A stretch of 55,303 bases of DNA. Origin: a virus (lineage: Duplodnaviria; Caudoviricetes). Numbering within the stretch: the first letter of the stretch is position 1; every line of letters starts with the position of its first letter. Below, one piece after another: positions 16,434 through 25,923 of the stretch. The translations under genes were made by a program, and so were the position numbers. The notes beneath the pieces are model-generated. The model was not told the origin of the DNA. It saw nothing but the letters and a program-made list of their open reading frames with translations, and did not search any database. The stretch covers positions 1 to 55,303 of the IMG/VR virus record IMGVR_UViG_3300049440_000066. One strand, written 5' to 3'.

Positions 16434-19259
16434 ATGGCCTACCAACCACAACTGTCCGGGCCTTTCTTAAAAGGCCTCGTCGCGTCCAATCAGCCTCTCG
16501 CGCAGCCGAAAGGCTCGTTTCCGCGTGGCTCGAACCTTGTGATGATGGAACGTGGCGCTCTGACTCCGTGCGATGGGTCGGGAATCATCAACTGGTTCAA
16601 TGGAGCGGTGCAAACGAATGTCGGGCGTTTCATGTCCACGTTTCTTTATGAGCCGACCGGAGTGAATCCGTACTATCTGGCGATTAAGCAGGCGCTTGAC
16701 GAGCATCTTGGAGCACCGCATATCAATTCAGCCACAGCATCGACAGGTGGCACGCTCTCTTCAGGAACGACCTATTTCTACAAGATCACGGCACTTGATG
16801 GCGTTGGCGGGGAAACGACAGCTTCCAATGAGGTAAGCGCGACACCCTCCGGCGGCAATTTGTCCGTAACTCTTGTGTGGAATGTCGTGCCGAACGCCTT
16901 TGGCTATAACATTTATCGGGCGACTTCTTCTGGTGCCGAAGTCTTGGTCATAGGAACAAAATTCCCTGCGCTTCAGCCGAATCCTTTGACCGCAACCGTG
17001 ACATTTATCGACGACGGAAGCGGGTCAGTCGCTCCTCTGACCTTTACGATCACTACGGCAACCCGTCTAAGTACCAATACGAACCAGATATTTCTTACTA
17101 CCCAACCGCCTTCTACGATTCTGAATCAATTAGCTACTGTTTCAGGAAATTCCGGCTCTGTTTTCAACAGAACCGGACGTATTATTTCCATCGGAACAAA
17201 TTCGGTAGTGCAACAAGTCAGTTCTATTCCATTCGCTCCCGGTACTGGGACTGGTGGAACATTGACTGTATCGGGGGTAGGACCGCCGATTGCCGACACT
17301 ACGCAGCAAACAGTGCTATTCCAAATGCCAGGTGGAGTAGTTCCAGTCACCTATAGCGATTCCAATATTGTCGCTTTCTATCCAGCTTCCATCGGCACGC
17401 TTGGACAGGTTCCGACTGGTGGATCGGGCGGAAGTGGAACAACTGGTCCTGGCATTAACGGGCAGGGCAGTTCCACGCCTTCTGGTGGTGTTGCGGGCCT
17501 CGTAGGTCCGTTGCCACAATTCAAGCAATTTACGAATCGCGCCGTAATTGCACTTGGCAACGGTTTCTCGATGCAACTGTTTTGGGATTCCACAGGCAGC
17601 CCGGTGAATACCGCCCCTACGGGACCGATTGCTTCCGTGGCTGTGTCGAACGACCAGGTAACTGTGACTGTAGCGGCATCCGTGACACTGAGCACGACCG
17701 ATCCTACAAAGAATGGATTCATGCCCGTCGGAACAAACGTCATCCTTTCGGGGATGAGCGATGCAACCTACGATGGCGTGTTTCCAGTCATTTCGGTAAC
17801 TCCTGGCGCTGGCGGAACATTCGTAGTCCGAAATCCTACCGCATCTGGTGGAGCATCAACGGGCACATTCACTGTCTCGACGACTCCGATCATCAGTACC
17901 TTCACTCCTTCTTTTCCGGCATGGACAGCAAGCACCGCTGTTGCCGCCGGCGACGTGTACGTTCCGAAAACGCAACCCGGAGCGGCAAATATCTACATCG
18001 TAGCAACACAGGGCGGAGTTACTGGATCGGTCGAACCGACTTGGCAGGCAGTTACCGCTACAGGCCAGCATTTTCCTACAGGCAACATCGCCGATGGAAG
18101 CGGTGTGATCTGGCAGGAGGCTGGCTACCTCACCTCACCTCAACCCCCCGGCGCGGGGCATATCGAAATCTACGCAGGATCGCTGTGGGCCTTAAATACA
18201 TCCCCAACGAACACAACGAATGGACTCGATGGCCCCACCGCTCTGAGGATGACGAACACAAATGATCCCTTTGGTTGGAACTCGGTCAATCAGGCGTTTC
18301 TCGACAAGGACGATGGTGCGGAAGGGATGGGCCTCGGCAAATTCACGATTACGGCGCTCGGGATTCCGCCCGAAGGCTCGCTCATCGCCTTCAAATACCG
18401 CGTTCCCTATCAGATCATCGGGGTATTCGGCGCAAACAACTTTGCGATTCAGCCTGTTTCCTCGGACATGGGATGCCTTGCTCCGAGAACGATTCAATTC
18501 GTTCCGGGCTACGGTCTTGTGCGTTACTGCCATCTCGGATACGCGGTATTCAATGGGTTCAAGGATGAAGTTATCAGCGAGCAGATCAGGCCCTACCTGT
18601 TTCCGGTGAACGACTTCGACGCGCAAGACATTACCGTGGCCGATGCGAACTACATTCCGCTGTCCTGGGGAGCGCAGACCGCGAATCCTCCCATGTACGC
18701 GATAGCTGTTCCGATTGGAAACAGTGGCGGGCAGTTGACGCGCATATTCCTGTTCGATTTGATTCTGAAATGCTGGGCCGCGCCTGTCGATCTGCCCTTC
18801 CCGATTGGATGCATGTCTCAGGTTCAGCCGGTCACATCGAATCCTTTGACGATCATCGGTGGATTTAATGATGGAGCCTTGCAACGCTGGCAGGCCGGTG
18901 ACACGAACTGGTATACAGGCGGCGGAGTATCGGCAGCAGCCGTTTTGTGGTCGAAGAGAACTATTACGGTCGCCTCACAGGATTCCAGCCAGCGCGTTTG
19001 GGCAAGAAGGCTGATTATCCGAGGCACGAATGCAGGAGCAAGCGGAAAGATTACGGTGCAGCCTCGCGTTTCCGGTGTGTCGCAGGCTGCGGTTCAGTAT
19101 AGAATCCCTGCGAGCGGAGACTTCGACCTATTCGCCGACGTGGGACTTACCGGATTGCGATTCGACGCGGACATTAGCGGCACCGTGCATGTCGAGATTG
19201 ACGGAGAGACTTGGAACATAGAACCAAGACCTTCGGGCGTTCCAGTTGGAGCTATTTAG
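16434..19259 (+). CDS. Tail nozzle/stabilisation protein (P22 gp10/T7 gp12-like) with FN3-like and other inserts
   Basis: F.KGL start, beta-propeller-like SLIAFK, MGCLAPRTI, ISEQIRP; YFYKITA...GYNIYR insert. Confidence 0.7.
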   Translation: MAYQPQLSGPFLKGLVASNQPLAQPKGSFPRGSNLVMMERGALTPCDGSGIINWFNGAVQTNVGRFMSTFLYEPTGVNPYYLAIKQALDEHLGAPHINSATASTGGTLSSGTTYFYKITALDGVGGETTASNEVSATPSGGNLSVTLVWNVVPNAFGYNIYRATSSGAEVLVIGTKFPALQPNPLTATVTFIDDGSGSVAPLTFTITTATRLSTNTNQIFLTTQPPSTILNQLATVSGNSGSVFNRTGRIISIGTNSVVQQVSSIPFAPGTGTGGTLTVSGVGPPIADTTQQTVLFQMPGGVVPVTYSDSNIVAFYPASIGTLGQVPTGGSGGSGTTGPGINGQGSSTPSGGVAGLVGPLPQFKQFTNRAVIALGNGFSMQLFWDSTGSPVNTAPTGPIASVAVSNDQVTVTVAASVTLSTTDPTKNGFMPVGTNVILSGMSDATYDGVFPVISVTPGAGGTFVVRNPTASGGASTGTFTVSTTPIISTFTPSFPAWTASTAVAAGDVYVPKTQPGAANIYIVATQGGVTGSVEPTWQAVTATGQHFPTGNIADGSGVIWQEAGYLTSPQPPGAGHIEIYAGSLWALNTSPTNTTNGLDGPTALRMTNTNDPFGWNSVNQAFLDKDDGAEGMGLGKFTITALGIPPEGSLIAFKYRVPYQIIGVFGANNFAIQPVSSDMGCLAPRTIQFVPGYGLVRYCHLGYAVFNGFKDEVISEQIRPYLFPVNDFDAQDITVADANYIPLSWGAQTANPPMYAIAVPIGNSGGQLTRIFLFDLILKCWAAPVDLPFPIGCMSQVQPVTSNPLTIIGGFNDGALQRWQAGDTNWYTGGGVSAAAVLWSKRTITVASQDSSQRVWARRLIIRGTNAGASGKITVQPRVSGVSQAAVQYRIPASGDFDLFADVGLTGLRFDADISGTVHVEIDGETWNIEPRPSGVPVGAI

Positions 19260-19260
19260 G

Positions 19261-19656
19261 ATGGTGACCGTTCGCACACTACGAGAGGACGAACCGTTTC
19301 CACAGCATCTCGGAACTGGCTTCGAGGCTATGCCTGTGATGAAGTCGTTTTGCTGGGTCGCCGAGCACGAAGGCCGGATAGTAGGAATGTTGATGGCAGC
19401 GCCGTGTCACGGACTTGCTTTCTTTGTGCGGCTGCGCGTTGATAAAGGCGCACCGATTTCGGTTACGTCTATCTTGTTTCGGAAGTGCATCAAGGATTGC
19501 GAGAAGCGAGGACTCAAGGGATATTTCACGTTTATCGATCCATCGCTTGACCTTGAGAGAAGGATGATTTCGATTTGTCATCGAGCGAAAGGGTTCCAGA
19601 TTCCGTCCATGCAAGTAGGCCTTGTAGGACGGATCGAGGATGCAGCGAGGTTCTAA
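19261..19656 (+). CDS. GNAT-fold protein of the podovirus tail module
   Basis: VRTLRED, CWVAEHEGRIVG; lies between the nozzle and ejection-type genes. Confidence 0.65.
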   Translation: MVTVRTLREDEPFPQHLGTGFEAMPVMKSFCWVAEHEGRIVGMLMAAPCHGLAFFVRLRVDKGAPISVTSILFRKCIKDCEKRGLKGYFTFIDPSLDLERRMISICHRAKGFQIPSMQVGLVGRIEDAARF

Positions 19657-20096
19657 TGCCACAGATTATTCCAGCAATCGTAGGGTTTTTGGCTGCAAAC
19701 GCTCCCGCCATCGGAGCAGCTTCGGCGATTGCCGGGGCGGGAACATCTATTGGAGAGGCCATCGCTAATAGGGGCGGACCAGCTACGCCAACGACTCCAA
19801 CGGCTCCAACGGCTCCAACGCCTACACCACCGAACTTAAATCAACTTTTGCAGGAACGGCAATTAGTTGGAAGTCAGGCTTCCAATCTGGAAAGCGCCAC
19901 ATCAGGAGCGGCTGGACCGGATTTTCTCAAGTTGTTTGCGCCATTCCTTGCAGGCATATCGGGTCAACCAGGGGCAAGCGGAGCAGGGACATACGCAGCA
20001 AATCAGGCTTGGGCGCCGGCGAACAGCCAGCCAACAAATGCGGCAGTACAGGGGCAACCAGTAAATTTGAGCGATTTCATCAGTAGCAACACATAG
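19656..20096 (+). CDS. Internal virion/ejection protein (putative)
   Basis: A/G-rich hydrophobic N-terminus and Pro-Thr linker. Confidence 0.6.
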   Translation: MPQIIPAIVGFLAANAPAIGAASAIAGAGTSIGEAIANRGGPATPTTPTAPTAPTPTPPNLNQLLQERQLVGSQASNLESATSGAAGPDFLKLFAPFLAGISGQPGASGAGTYAANQAWAPANSQPTNAAVQGQPVNLSDFISSNT

Positions 20097-20104
20097 GCGG
20101 TCAA

Positions 20105-20761
20105 ATGAGCGAAGTACTTGGAAATATCGGAAACTTCTTTAGTAGCGCAGCAGGTAAGGGGCTCGGTGAAATTGCTGGCCTCGGAGCGACTGGGGCTGGA
20201 CTCGTCGGCAATCTCGCGGCGGATCGGCAACGCTCTAAAGCTGCGAAACTGGCTCAAGCGAACGCCAATCTGACGCCCGCGCAACTCGCTGGTCGGGTGA
20301 ACGCAGCTACGCTTCCCTTGAATGCCAATCTCGTCCAGGCGATAACCGGCAACGTCAACGCGAACATGGCCGAGCAGGGATTGTCGCAAGCTCCGGGACT
20401 TCAGGCTGCGGCTATCGCTCAGGGGCTTGCAGGACCGGAACAGGCGCAACAGCAGGCCGCGCTTCAGCTTGTGATGAGGCAACTTGGATTGCCGGCGGAA
20501 TTTGCATCGACAATCCCGCCAAACTCTCCACTTGCGCCTCTGATTGCCATGCTGATGAAGGGATTCGGAACGCCTGGGAGTCCAGTGACAGGGAAATCAA
20601 TTACTGGTGGAGCGCCTGGTAGTTTCCCTACTATGCCATTTCCCATCGAAGCAGCAGGCGCGATGCCAAGTCCAAATATGCCGACTGATTGGCTCGGCCT
20701 CACTCCGAATCAACAGAACTTACCGCCGGACATGACACCTCCCGACATTGGAGGCTTCTAA
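20105..20761 (+). CDS. Internal virion/ejection protein (putative)
   Basis: G/A/Q-rich, with AEQGLSQ-type motif. Confidence 0.6.
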   Translation: MSEVLGNIGNFFSSAAGKGLGEIAGLGATGAGLVGNLAADRQRSKAAKLAQANANLTPAQLAGRVNAATLPLNANLVQAITGNVNANMAEQGLSQAPGLQAAAIAQGLAGPEQAQQQAALQLVMRQLGLPAEFASTIPPNSPLAPLIAMLMKGFGTPGSPVTGKSITGGAPGSFPTMPFPIEAAGAMPSPNMPTDWLGLTPNQQNLPPDMTPPDIGGF

Positions 20762-21720
20762 TGGGCTGGTTCGGAAGAGGTATCGGAGACTTCGGATCGC
20801 AAGTCGGCCAAGGGTACGACATAAACCTCGGCTGGAAGGAACGTCTTCAGCAGATGGCGATGGAGCAAGCCCGTCAGAAGCTCGCCGATCTGAAAGGCCC
20901 ACTTGAACTCCAAGAACTTCAGCAGCGCATTAAGCAAATGGGCCAGCCGCAGCCAGCCGGAATCGTCAAAGGACCGGGCGGAGAGACTTCGGGCGTGACG
21001 TTCGACCCAGCTACGAGCACGTATTCGATCAAGACGCTCATCCCCGGTGCTGCACCTGAACCTAAATTCCCGACCTTACAGGCAGCAGCAGCGTATTACA
21101 CGCAGCACGGCGACTGGGAGAAGCTGAAGCTCATCAATGACGAAATTGACCGGAATAAACCACAGCAGAAAACCACAGAGGGGTTTTCTGATGTGCGCCC
21201 CGACATTCACGGTAGATTGTGGGGCTTCAATAAACAGACTAATCAATGGGAACTAGTCCCAGTGAATGCAAGGTTCCCGATTCCGCACGAAGGGCAGGGT
21301 AGCGCACCGGGAGACGTAGACGCCCTTGCATACGATATTGCAGCAGGGAAAGCCTTGCTTCCAGGAGGCAAGTTCGGCGCTCAAGTAGCGACTCGAATGA
21401 AGCAACTCGGACTTGAGCCGCCGCTTCGGAAACCTCCTAAACCAGTACCGCCGGATGTGCTGGCTATGCTCAACGGTCCTATTCCAAAGAATCCGACTCC
21501 AGAACAGAGTCGCAGACTTGCAGACGCGGCCGATCGGATGTTCGGGGGAACCGCCTACAAGCAAGATTTGATCGACCGTGGACGGCGTTCACCTTTACTT
21601 GGATTGCGTTCCCCCTACTCAGCGCAGGGGTACGACGAGGGCGAATACGCTTCCATCGTTAACCACCTAAAGGAAGCGGCTCAAGCACCGCCTAGCGATT
21701 TCAGTGAGGTAGTGAAGTAA
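20761..21720 (+). CDS. Internal virion/ejection protein (putative)
   Basis: MGWFGRGIG start, Q-rich coiled coil, syntenic position. Confidence 0.6.
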   Translation: MGWFGRGIGDFGSQVGQGYDINLGWKERLQQMAMEQARQKLADLKGPLELQELQQRIKQMGQPQPAGIVKGPGGETSGVTFDPATSTYSIKTLIPGAAPEPKFPTLQAAAAYYTQHGDWEKLKLINDEIDRNKPQQKTTEGFSDVRPDIHGRLWGFNKQTNQWELVPVNARFPIPHEGQGSAPGDVDALAYDIAAGKALLPGGKFGAQVATRMKQLGLEPPLRKPPKPVPPDVLAMLNGPIPKNPTPEQSRRLADAADRMFGGTAYKQDLIDRGRRSPLLGLRSPYSAQGYDEGEYASIVNHLKEAAQAPPSDFSEVVK

Positions 21721-23817
21721 ATGGCTCAAGACCAATACGCGGAATATGAATCCGTCCGGCGCAATCCTAAAACTGGACAGATGATCGGTCTGAAAAATGG
21801 ACAGTGGACGCCAATCGTGTCCCAAACGGCTGCTACTCCTGTGGCAGCACAATTCCCTACCGGAGCGATGCAGGCGAAGCCAGGCGGACCAATTCTGGAT
21901 GCTTTTCAGCAGCAGCATCCGATTCGTGCCATTCCTGCCACAATTCTTCAGTCATTCGGTATTGATCCATCCCAGGTTGAGGGGGCTAAGAGTTACATAG
22001 ATGCTCTCAAGGGTGCTGGGAGCGACGTAGCGAATGCAACTGGCGAACAGATGTTCGAGTCGATGATTCACGCTGGCCCTCTTGCTCCAGTGGACATGCT
22101 CCGCAAGGGAATCGAAGGAGTAGCCAATGGAATCGAGGATGGTAGCAAGCAGGCGTATGCCTCTTATCGCAATGGAGACAGGTTCGGGCTGACGCAAGGG
22201 CTAACCAAGGTCGCTTCATCGCTCGGGCAGCTTGCTCTTTTGAAGGAATCCAAGCCAGCAGTTGAAAAGTCTGTGGAATTAACAGGAAAAGGCGTACGTG
22301 CTGGGTTCCGAGCGCCACTTGGTATTGGTCCATCGGCTGAACGACTGGCTGCTGAAGATAGAGCCACAGAAGTTGCCGCAAACGAGCACGCCAATCGTGA
22401 GGCTGCACGCCAAATCGCAGAGAAAAATCAGGAAATAACGACTAAAAACATTCAATCTGTGTCCAATGCGAAACAAACCAGCGAAGAGGCTGTCAGAAAA
22501 ATAGAGGAGCAGAATGCTAAAGCACAAGCCGATTACGAACAGAACAAGCGAAGGATAGACGCCCAATACAAGCGCGACACGCAGAAATTCGAGCAGGCCA
22601 GATCGGGACAATCGCTCACTTCGCAGGGTCGTGGAACTCGTCCCTCGGTGACAAATGAGGCTGCGGGCGCGACAAGAGCGCGCCTGAACGCATGGTCGGA
22701 TAAGGTGGTAGACATCGCAGGGAAAACAAAAGCAAATCTAAAGGAATCCTTTAATAAACGCTATAACGCTTTCCGGGAAGCTATTTCCGACAAGGACGCA
22801 AACGGAAATTCTGTCCCTGCGAAAGTAAACTGGAGTCCTATTCAAGGGGCCGTCAAAAACGCAGAGGACAACATCCTGCAAGGTTCACCGGAAAGTATCA
22901 CTCTCTTCCGAAACATTATGAAAGAGGGTCCACAACTTGATGAGGCGAGCGTATTCCGTTCATCTCAAGGGAACGAGGCGGCGCAAAATCTAAAGGAACT
23001 GCTTCGTTCAAAGCAGATCGGTCCCAAGGGATTCGACAGAATGATGGCGGAACTTCACGCGCAAGGAGTTCCAACTGAAAATATTGAAAGTGCCCCGTCA
23101 AATACAATCACGAAAGGTCTTCAAATTCCCCACGAAGATGCTTGGGGCTACGCGCAAGAACTTAACGCCAAGTTGCATGGAGCGCAACTGCCGAGTGACG
23201 TGTACCGCGCCTTAACGAGCGTAAAAGAGGCCATTGATGAAGGACTCCAAGAAACTGCGGACCTAAAAAATGCTGGCGGGATATGGAAAACAATCCAAAA
23301 CGATTATAGCGAGTACGCGCAACGCTTTCTCGACAAGGACTCTCCGGCGTACAAACTGATGAATGCCACGAATCCAGAAGATCGGCTCTCAATTATCACT
23401 GGAAAGGAAGGGCAAAACCTTATTGACGCACTGCACAAGTATCGAGGTTTTGGGGGAGATACCGAGATTGCTGGAAAAATCAGGGCATTGCGTGCGGCTG
23501 GCTCCAAGATCGTTGACCAACTTACTGAGCCAGTGCGGGGAGAGTATCCAGGAGCGCCAACACCGAAGTCTCTTCCAACCGAGTCGTCATATCCTGCACT
23601 AACGCAACCGGAAACTCTCGATCCTTCCAAGTTGAAGTCAACGGAGCCATTCAGTCCCGAAGAGTGGCGCAAAGCACGTCTGCGGAAATACCAAGAGACG
23701 CTTGCAATGAGACAGCCACCGTCACAATGGCAGTTTTTGCAACTACCATTCTTTCGTGCGATTAGTGCGCTGTATTCAAATCCGGCGTTTGTGAAGATGG
23801 TTCTTGGGATTAAGTGA
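21721..23817 (+). CDS. Large ejection/internal virion protein (putative)
   Basis: 698 aa, helical; NPKTGQMIGLKNGQW N-terminal motif. Confidence 0.65.
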   Translation: MAQDQYAEYESVRRNPKTGQMIGLKNGQWTPIVSQTAATPVAAQFPTGAMQAKPGGPILDAFQQQHPIRAIPATILQSFGIDPSQVEGAKSYIDALKGAGSDVANATGEQMFESMIHAGPLAPVDMLRKGIEGVANGIEDGSKQAYASYRNGDRFGLTQGLTKVASSLGQLALLKESKPAVEKSVELTGKGVRAGFRAPLGIGPSAERLAAEDRATEVAANEHANREAARQIAEKNQEITTKNIQSVSNAKQTSEEAVRKIEEQNAKAQADYEQNKRRIDAQYKRDTQKFEQARSGQSLTSQGRGTRPSVTNEAAGATRARLNAWSDKVVDIAGKTKANLKESFNKRYNAFREAISDKDANGNSVPAKVNWSPIQGAVKNAEDNILQGSPESITLFRNIMKEGPQLDEASVFRSSQGNEAAQNLKELLRSKQIGPKGFDRMMAELHAQGVPTENIESAPSNTITKGLQIPHEDAWGYAQELNAKLHGAQLPSDVYRALTSVKEAIDEGLQETADLKNAGGIWKTIQNDYSEYAQRFLDKDSPAYKLMNATNPEDRLSIITGKEGQNLIDALHKYRGFGGDTEIAGKIRALRAAGSKIVDQLTEPVRGEYPGAPTPKSLPTESSYPALTQPETLDPSKLKSTEPFSPEEWRKARLRKYQETLAMRQPPSQWQFLQLPFFRAISALYSNPAFVKMVLGIK

Positions 23818-23940
23818 GGAAAATAAATCCCAAACAGAAACGAAGGCGTATGCGGAATAGCAACAAGCCCAAAGAAGGGCATAGGCCACGAAGGGCGCAA
23901 GTAATATTAGGAGAAGGTACGCAATCAGAAGATCAAGCAT
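23776..23940 (-). CDS. 54-aa membrane protein (moron, possible superinfection exclusion)
   Basis: MLDLLIAYLLLILLAPFVAYALLWACC...; own promoter immediately upstream; not in the ORF track. Confidence 0.6.
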   Translation of the reverse strand: MLDLLIAYLLLILLAPFVAYALLWACCYSAYAFVSVWDLFSSLNPKNHLHKRRI

Positions 23941-23946
23941 GAGGGA

Positions 23947-23976
23947 ACGCTACCACAAGTTAGGCATAGGTGTCAA
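23947..23976 (-). promoter_or_regulatory. Sigma70-like promoter TTGACA-18-TAGCGT with operator in the spacer
   Basis: 21/22 identical to 46931-46952. Confidence 0.7.
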
Positions 23977-23980
23977 CTAG

Positions 23981-24262
23981 ATGGCGACTGAAAAAGAACG
24001 CGCCATGATGTCAAAGACGCGCGGCCAAGTAGCGGCTGGGATGCGTCCCGGCGAAGAAAAGAGAGAGTTCATCGCCCGACAGGGAAGAGAAGAAGCCCGA
24101 GGCAGAGAGGACATGCAATCGCTCGAACAGGAAGCCTATCGGCAACGCAATGTCAACGCCGTGGAAGGCTCGATGAGGAAGGGTGGCAAGGTCCGAAAGA
24201 CTGGTTTATACCGATTACATCGCGGCGAGCGCGTGGTTCCGAAGAGAACGAGAAGGCGGTGA
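23981..24262 (+). CDS. Small basic protein (KGGKVRKTGLYRLHRGERVVP motif), ends KRTRRR
   Basis: 93 aa ORF. Confidence 0.7.
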   Translation: MATEKERAMMSKTRGQVAAGMRPGEEKREFIARQGREEARGREDMQSLEQEAYRQRNVNAVEGSMRKGGKVRKTGLYRLHRGERVVPKRTRRR

Positions 24263-24265
24263 GGG

Positions 24266-24427
24266 ATGCCGGGAACTGAACATTTCAAGAGTCCAGAATC
24301 TTACAGAAAATACAGGGCATTCACACATATCCATCATATTCCTACACATGCCCGCGAAGTGGTGGTCGGCGGGCGCAAGCATAAGGTAATTCACAAACGC
24401 GAGACGAGGAAAGGAAGGCGAAGATAA
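24266..24427 (+). CDS. 53-aa His/Arg-rich protein, ends RKGRRR
   Basis: MPGTEHFKSPESYRKY...; TAATG-coupled to the next gene; not in the ORF track. Confidence 0.65.
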   Translation: MPGTEHFKSPESYRKYRAFTHIHHIPTHAREVVVGGRKHKVIHKRETRKGRRR

Positions 24428-24639
24428 TGGCCCGAAAAAAGAAGGACAAGAAGTTCATCCAGAAAGCCACCGAGCGCATGGAAGAAAAAGGAACTGTGGG
24501 TAGTTTCGGCAAGGCCACACCCTCGAAGATTGAACACGCGAAGGAGCATGGCGGTCTTGAGAAGAAACGCGCCGTGTTCGCCCAGAATATGAAGCGTATC
24601 GCAGCGAAGCGTCACCATCGGAAGTCGAGTCGGCGATGA
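24427..24639 (+). CDS. Small basic phage protein (KKFIQKA...KKRAVFAQNMK), ends RKSSRR
   Basis: 70 aa, coupled. Confidence 0.75.
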   Translation: MARKKKDKKFIQKATERMEEKGTVGSFGKATPSKIEHAKEHGGLEKKRAVFAQNMKRIAAKRHHRKSSRR

Positions 24640-24713
24640 TCGCAAATAGCAAAAAGACGAGCGGTAGTGAGCAGGGCTACGGTCGGAAGCCGCGTCGATC
24701 TAAGAGGGCATGA
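24636..24713 (+). CDS. 25-aa basic microprotein MIANSKKTSGSEQGYGRKPRRSKRA
   Basis: ATGA overlaps at both ends. Confidence 0.45.
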   Translation: MIANSKKTSGSEQGYGRKPRRSKRA

Positions 24714-25897
24714 TGAAGAAACTGTTTCTAGTTGCGGCTTTGTTGTTCTTCCCCGCGTTGTGTCGGGCGCAGAACACAACTATCGTCGCCACGATCACCG
24801 ATCCGACGGGACGGTTCTATACGTTTCTCACCGGAAGCGCCTCGATCCAGTGTCCCGGCAATGAGCAACCGACCTTCAATGGTTCTCCTCTCGCTCGCAC
24901 TATCCCGATCACTGGCGGGGACGGAAATGGACACTTTACGCAAGTCCTTTGGGATACGAGTAAAATTCTTCCTGCTGGATGCACTTGGCGTTGGGCGATA
25001 ACGTGGCAAGACGGGATTACTAATTTCACAACCGGAAATATTGGAGGCGTGACAGGCACCGGGCCAGTCGATCTTTCTTCTGCCATCTCCGCATTTTCCG
25101 TCCCTCTTCCGAATACGGCAGGATTCGTTCTCGGCGTATCGGCTACAGCGCCTATTGTGTCCTCGATGGGAGTTGCGCCAGTAATTTCCTGTCCGACATG
25201 CACGACAAGTGCCGCTGCACTGACACTAAATCAGCTTATTCTCGGTGCTGGCTTGCAGGCCGAAGCCGCACTCGGAAGTCTCGGGACGACTACCACGGTC
25301 CTGCATGGGAACGCCGGCGGAGCGCCTTCGTTTAGTGCCGTAAATCTAGCCACTGATGTTACTGGATCATTGCCTGTCGGCGATCTGACCGGACAAATAC
25401 CAATCTCGCAGGTAGGGAGCGCCGGTCTAAGCGGAACGGCTCCCATTTCCATTGCTGCTACAGGGGCTATAAGTTGTTCGACTTGCTTAACCACAACATC
25501 AACGTCCGTTCCATGGGTTGCCATCTGTGACCAGTTTAATGCCGGTGGCAGTCAACTTGGTTGCTACGGCGGGTTTGCAAGCGGATCGCAGTCGATATGG
25601 GCAGAGACTATACTTCCAACAGCCCATACGTTGCTTCGTTTTACTATCTATATGACTGCTGGAGTAACAAGTTGTACGACATATCCAGTCATATCGTTTC
25701 GGGACGAAACATCAAATACGACTCTCGCGTCGCTAACGCTGCCAAATAGTGTTGGACCTGATTTTCTAGACTCTGGGATTCTTTCCGTCGCACTAACTTC
25801 TGGCGACACATTTTCCGTAAAAACAACGACTGCTGGAGACACGTGTGTGAATACGGTGGGTTATCAAAACTGGGAAGCAACGGCAATATACCAATGA
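24710..25897 (+). CDS. Tail-fibre-like protein with Sec-type signal peptide
   Basis: MKKLFLVAALLFFPALCRA|Q; repeated (S/G)ATAPI...ISCxTC; fibre-like GTTTTVLHGNAGGAPSF...L..DVTG.LP. Confidence 0.7.
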   Translation: MMKKLFLVAALLFFPALCRAQNTTIVATITDPTGRFYTFLTGSASIQCPGNEQPTFNGSPLARTIPITGGDGNGHFTQVLWDTSKILPAGCTWRWAITWQDGITNFTTGNIGGVTGTGPVDLSSAISAFSVPLPNTAGFVLGVSATAPIVSSMGVAPVISCPTCTTSAAALTLNQLILGAGLQAEAALGSLGTTTTVLHGNAGGAPSFSAVNLATDVTGSLPVGDLTGQIPISQVGSAGLSGTAPISIAATGAISCSTCLTTTSTSVPWVAICDQFNAGGSQLGCYGGFASGSQSIWAETILPTAHTLLRFTIYMTAGVTSCTTYPVISFRDETSNTTLASLTLPNSVGPDFLDSGILSVALTSGDTFSVKTTTAGDTCVNTVGYQNWEATAIYQ

Positions 25898-25923
25898 TAA
25901 GGAGATATTATCGAGACAATACA

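Noticed and set aside
19788-19823. 9-bp tandem repeat CCAACG(A/G)CT
   Set aside because: It simply encodes a Pro-Thr-Ala linker.
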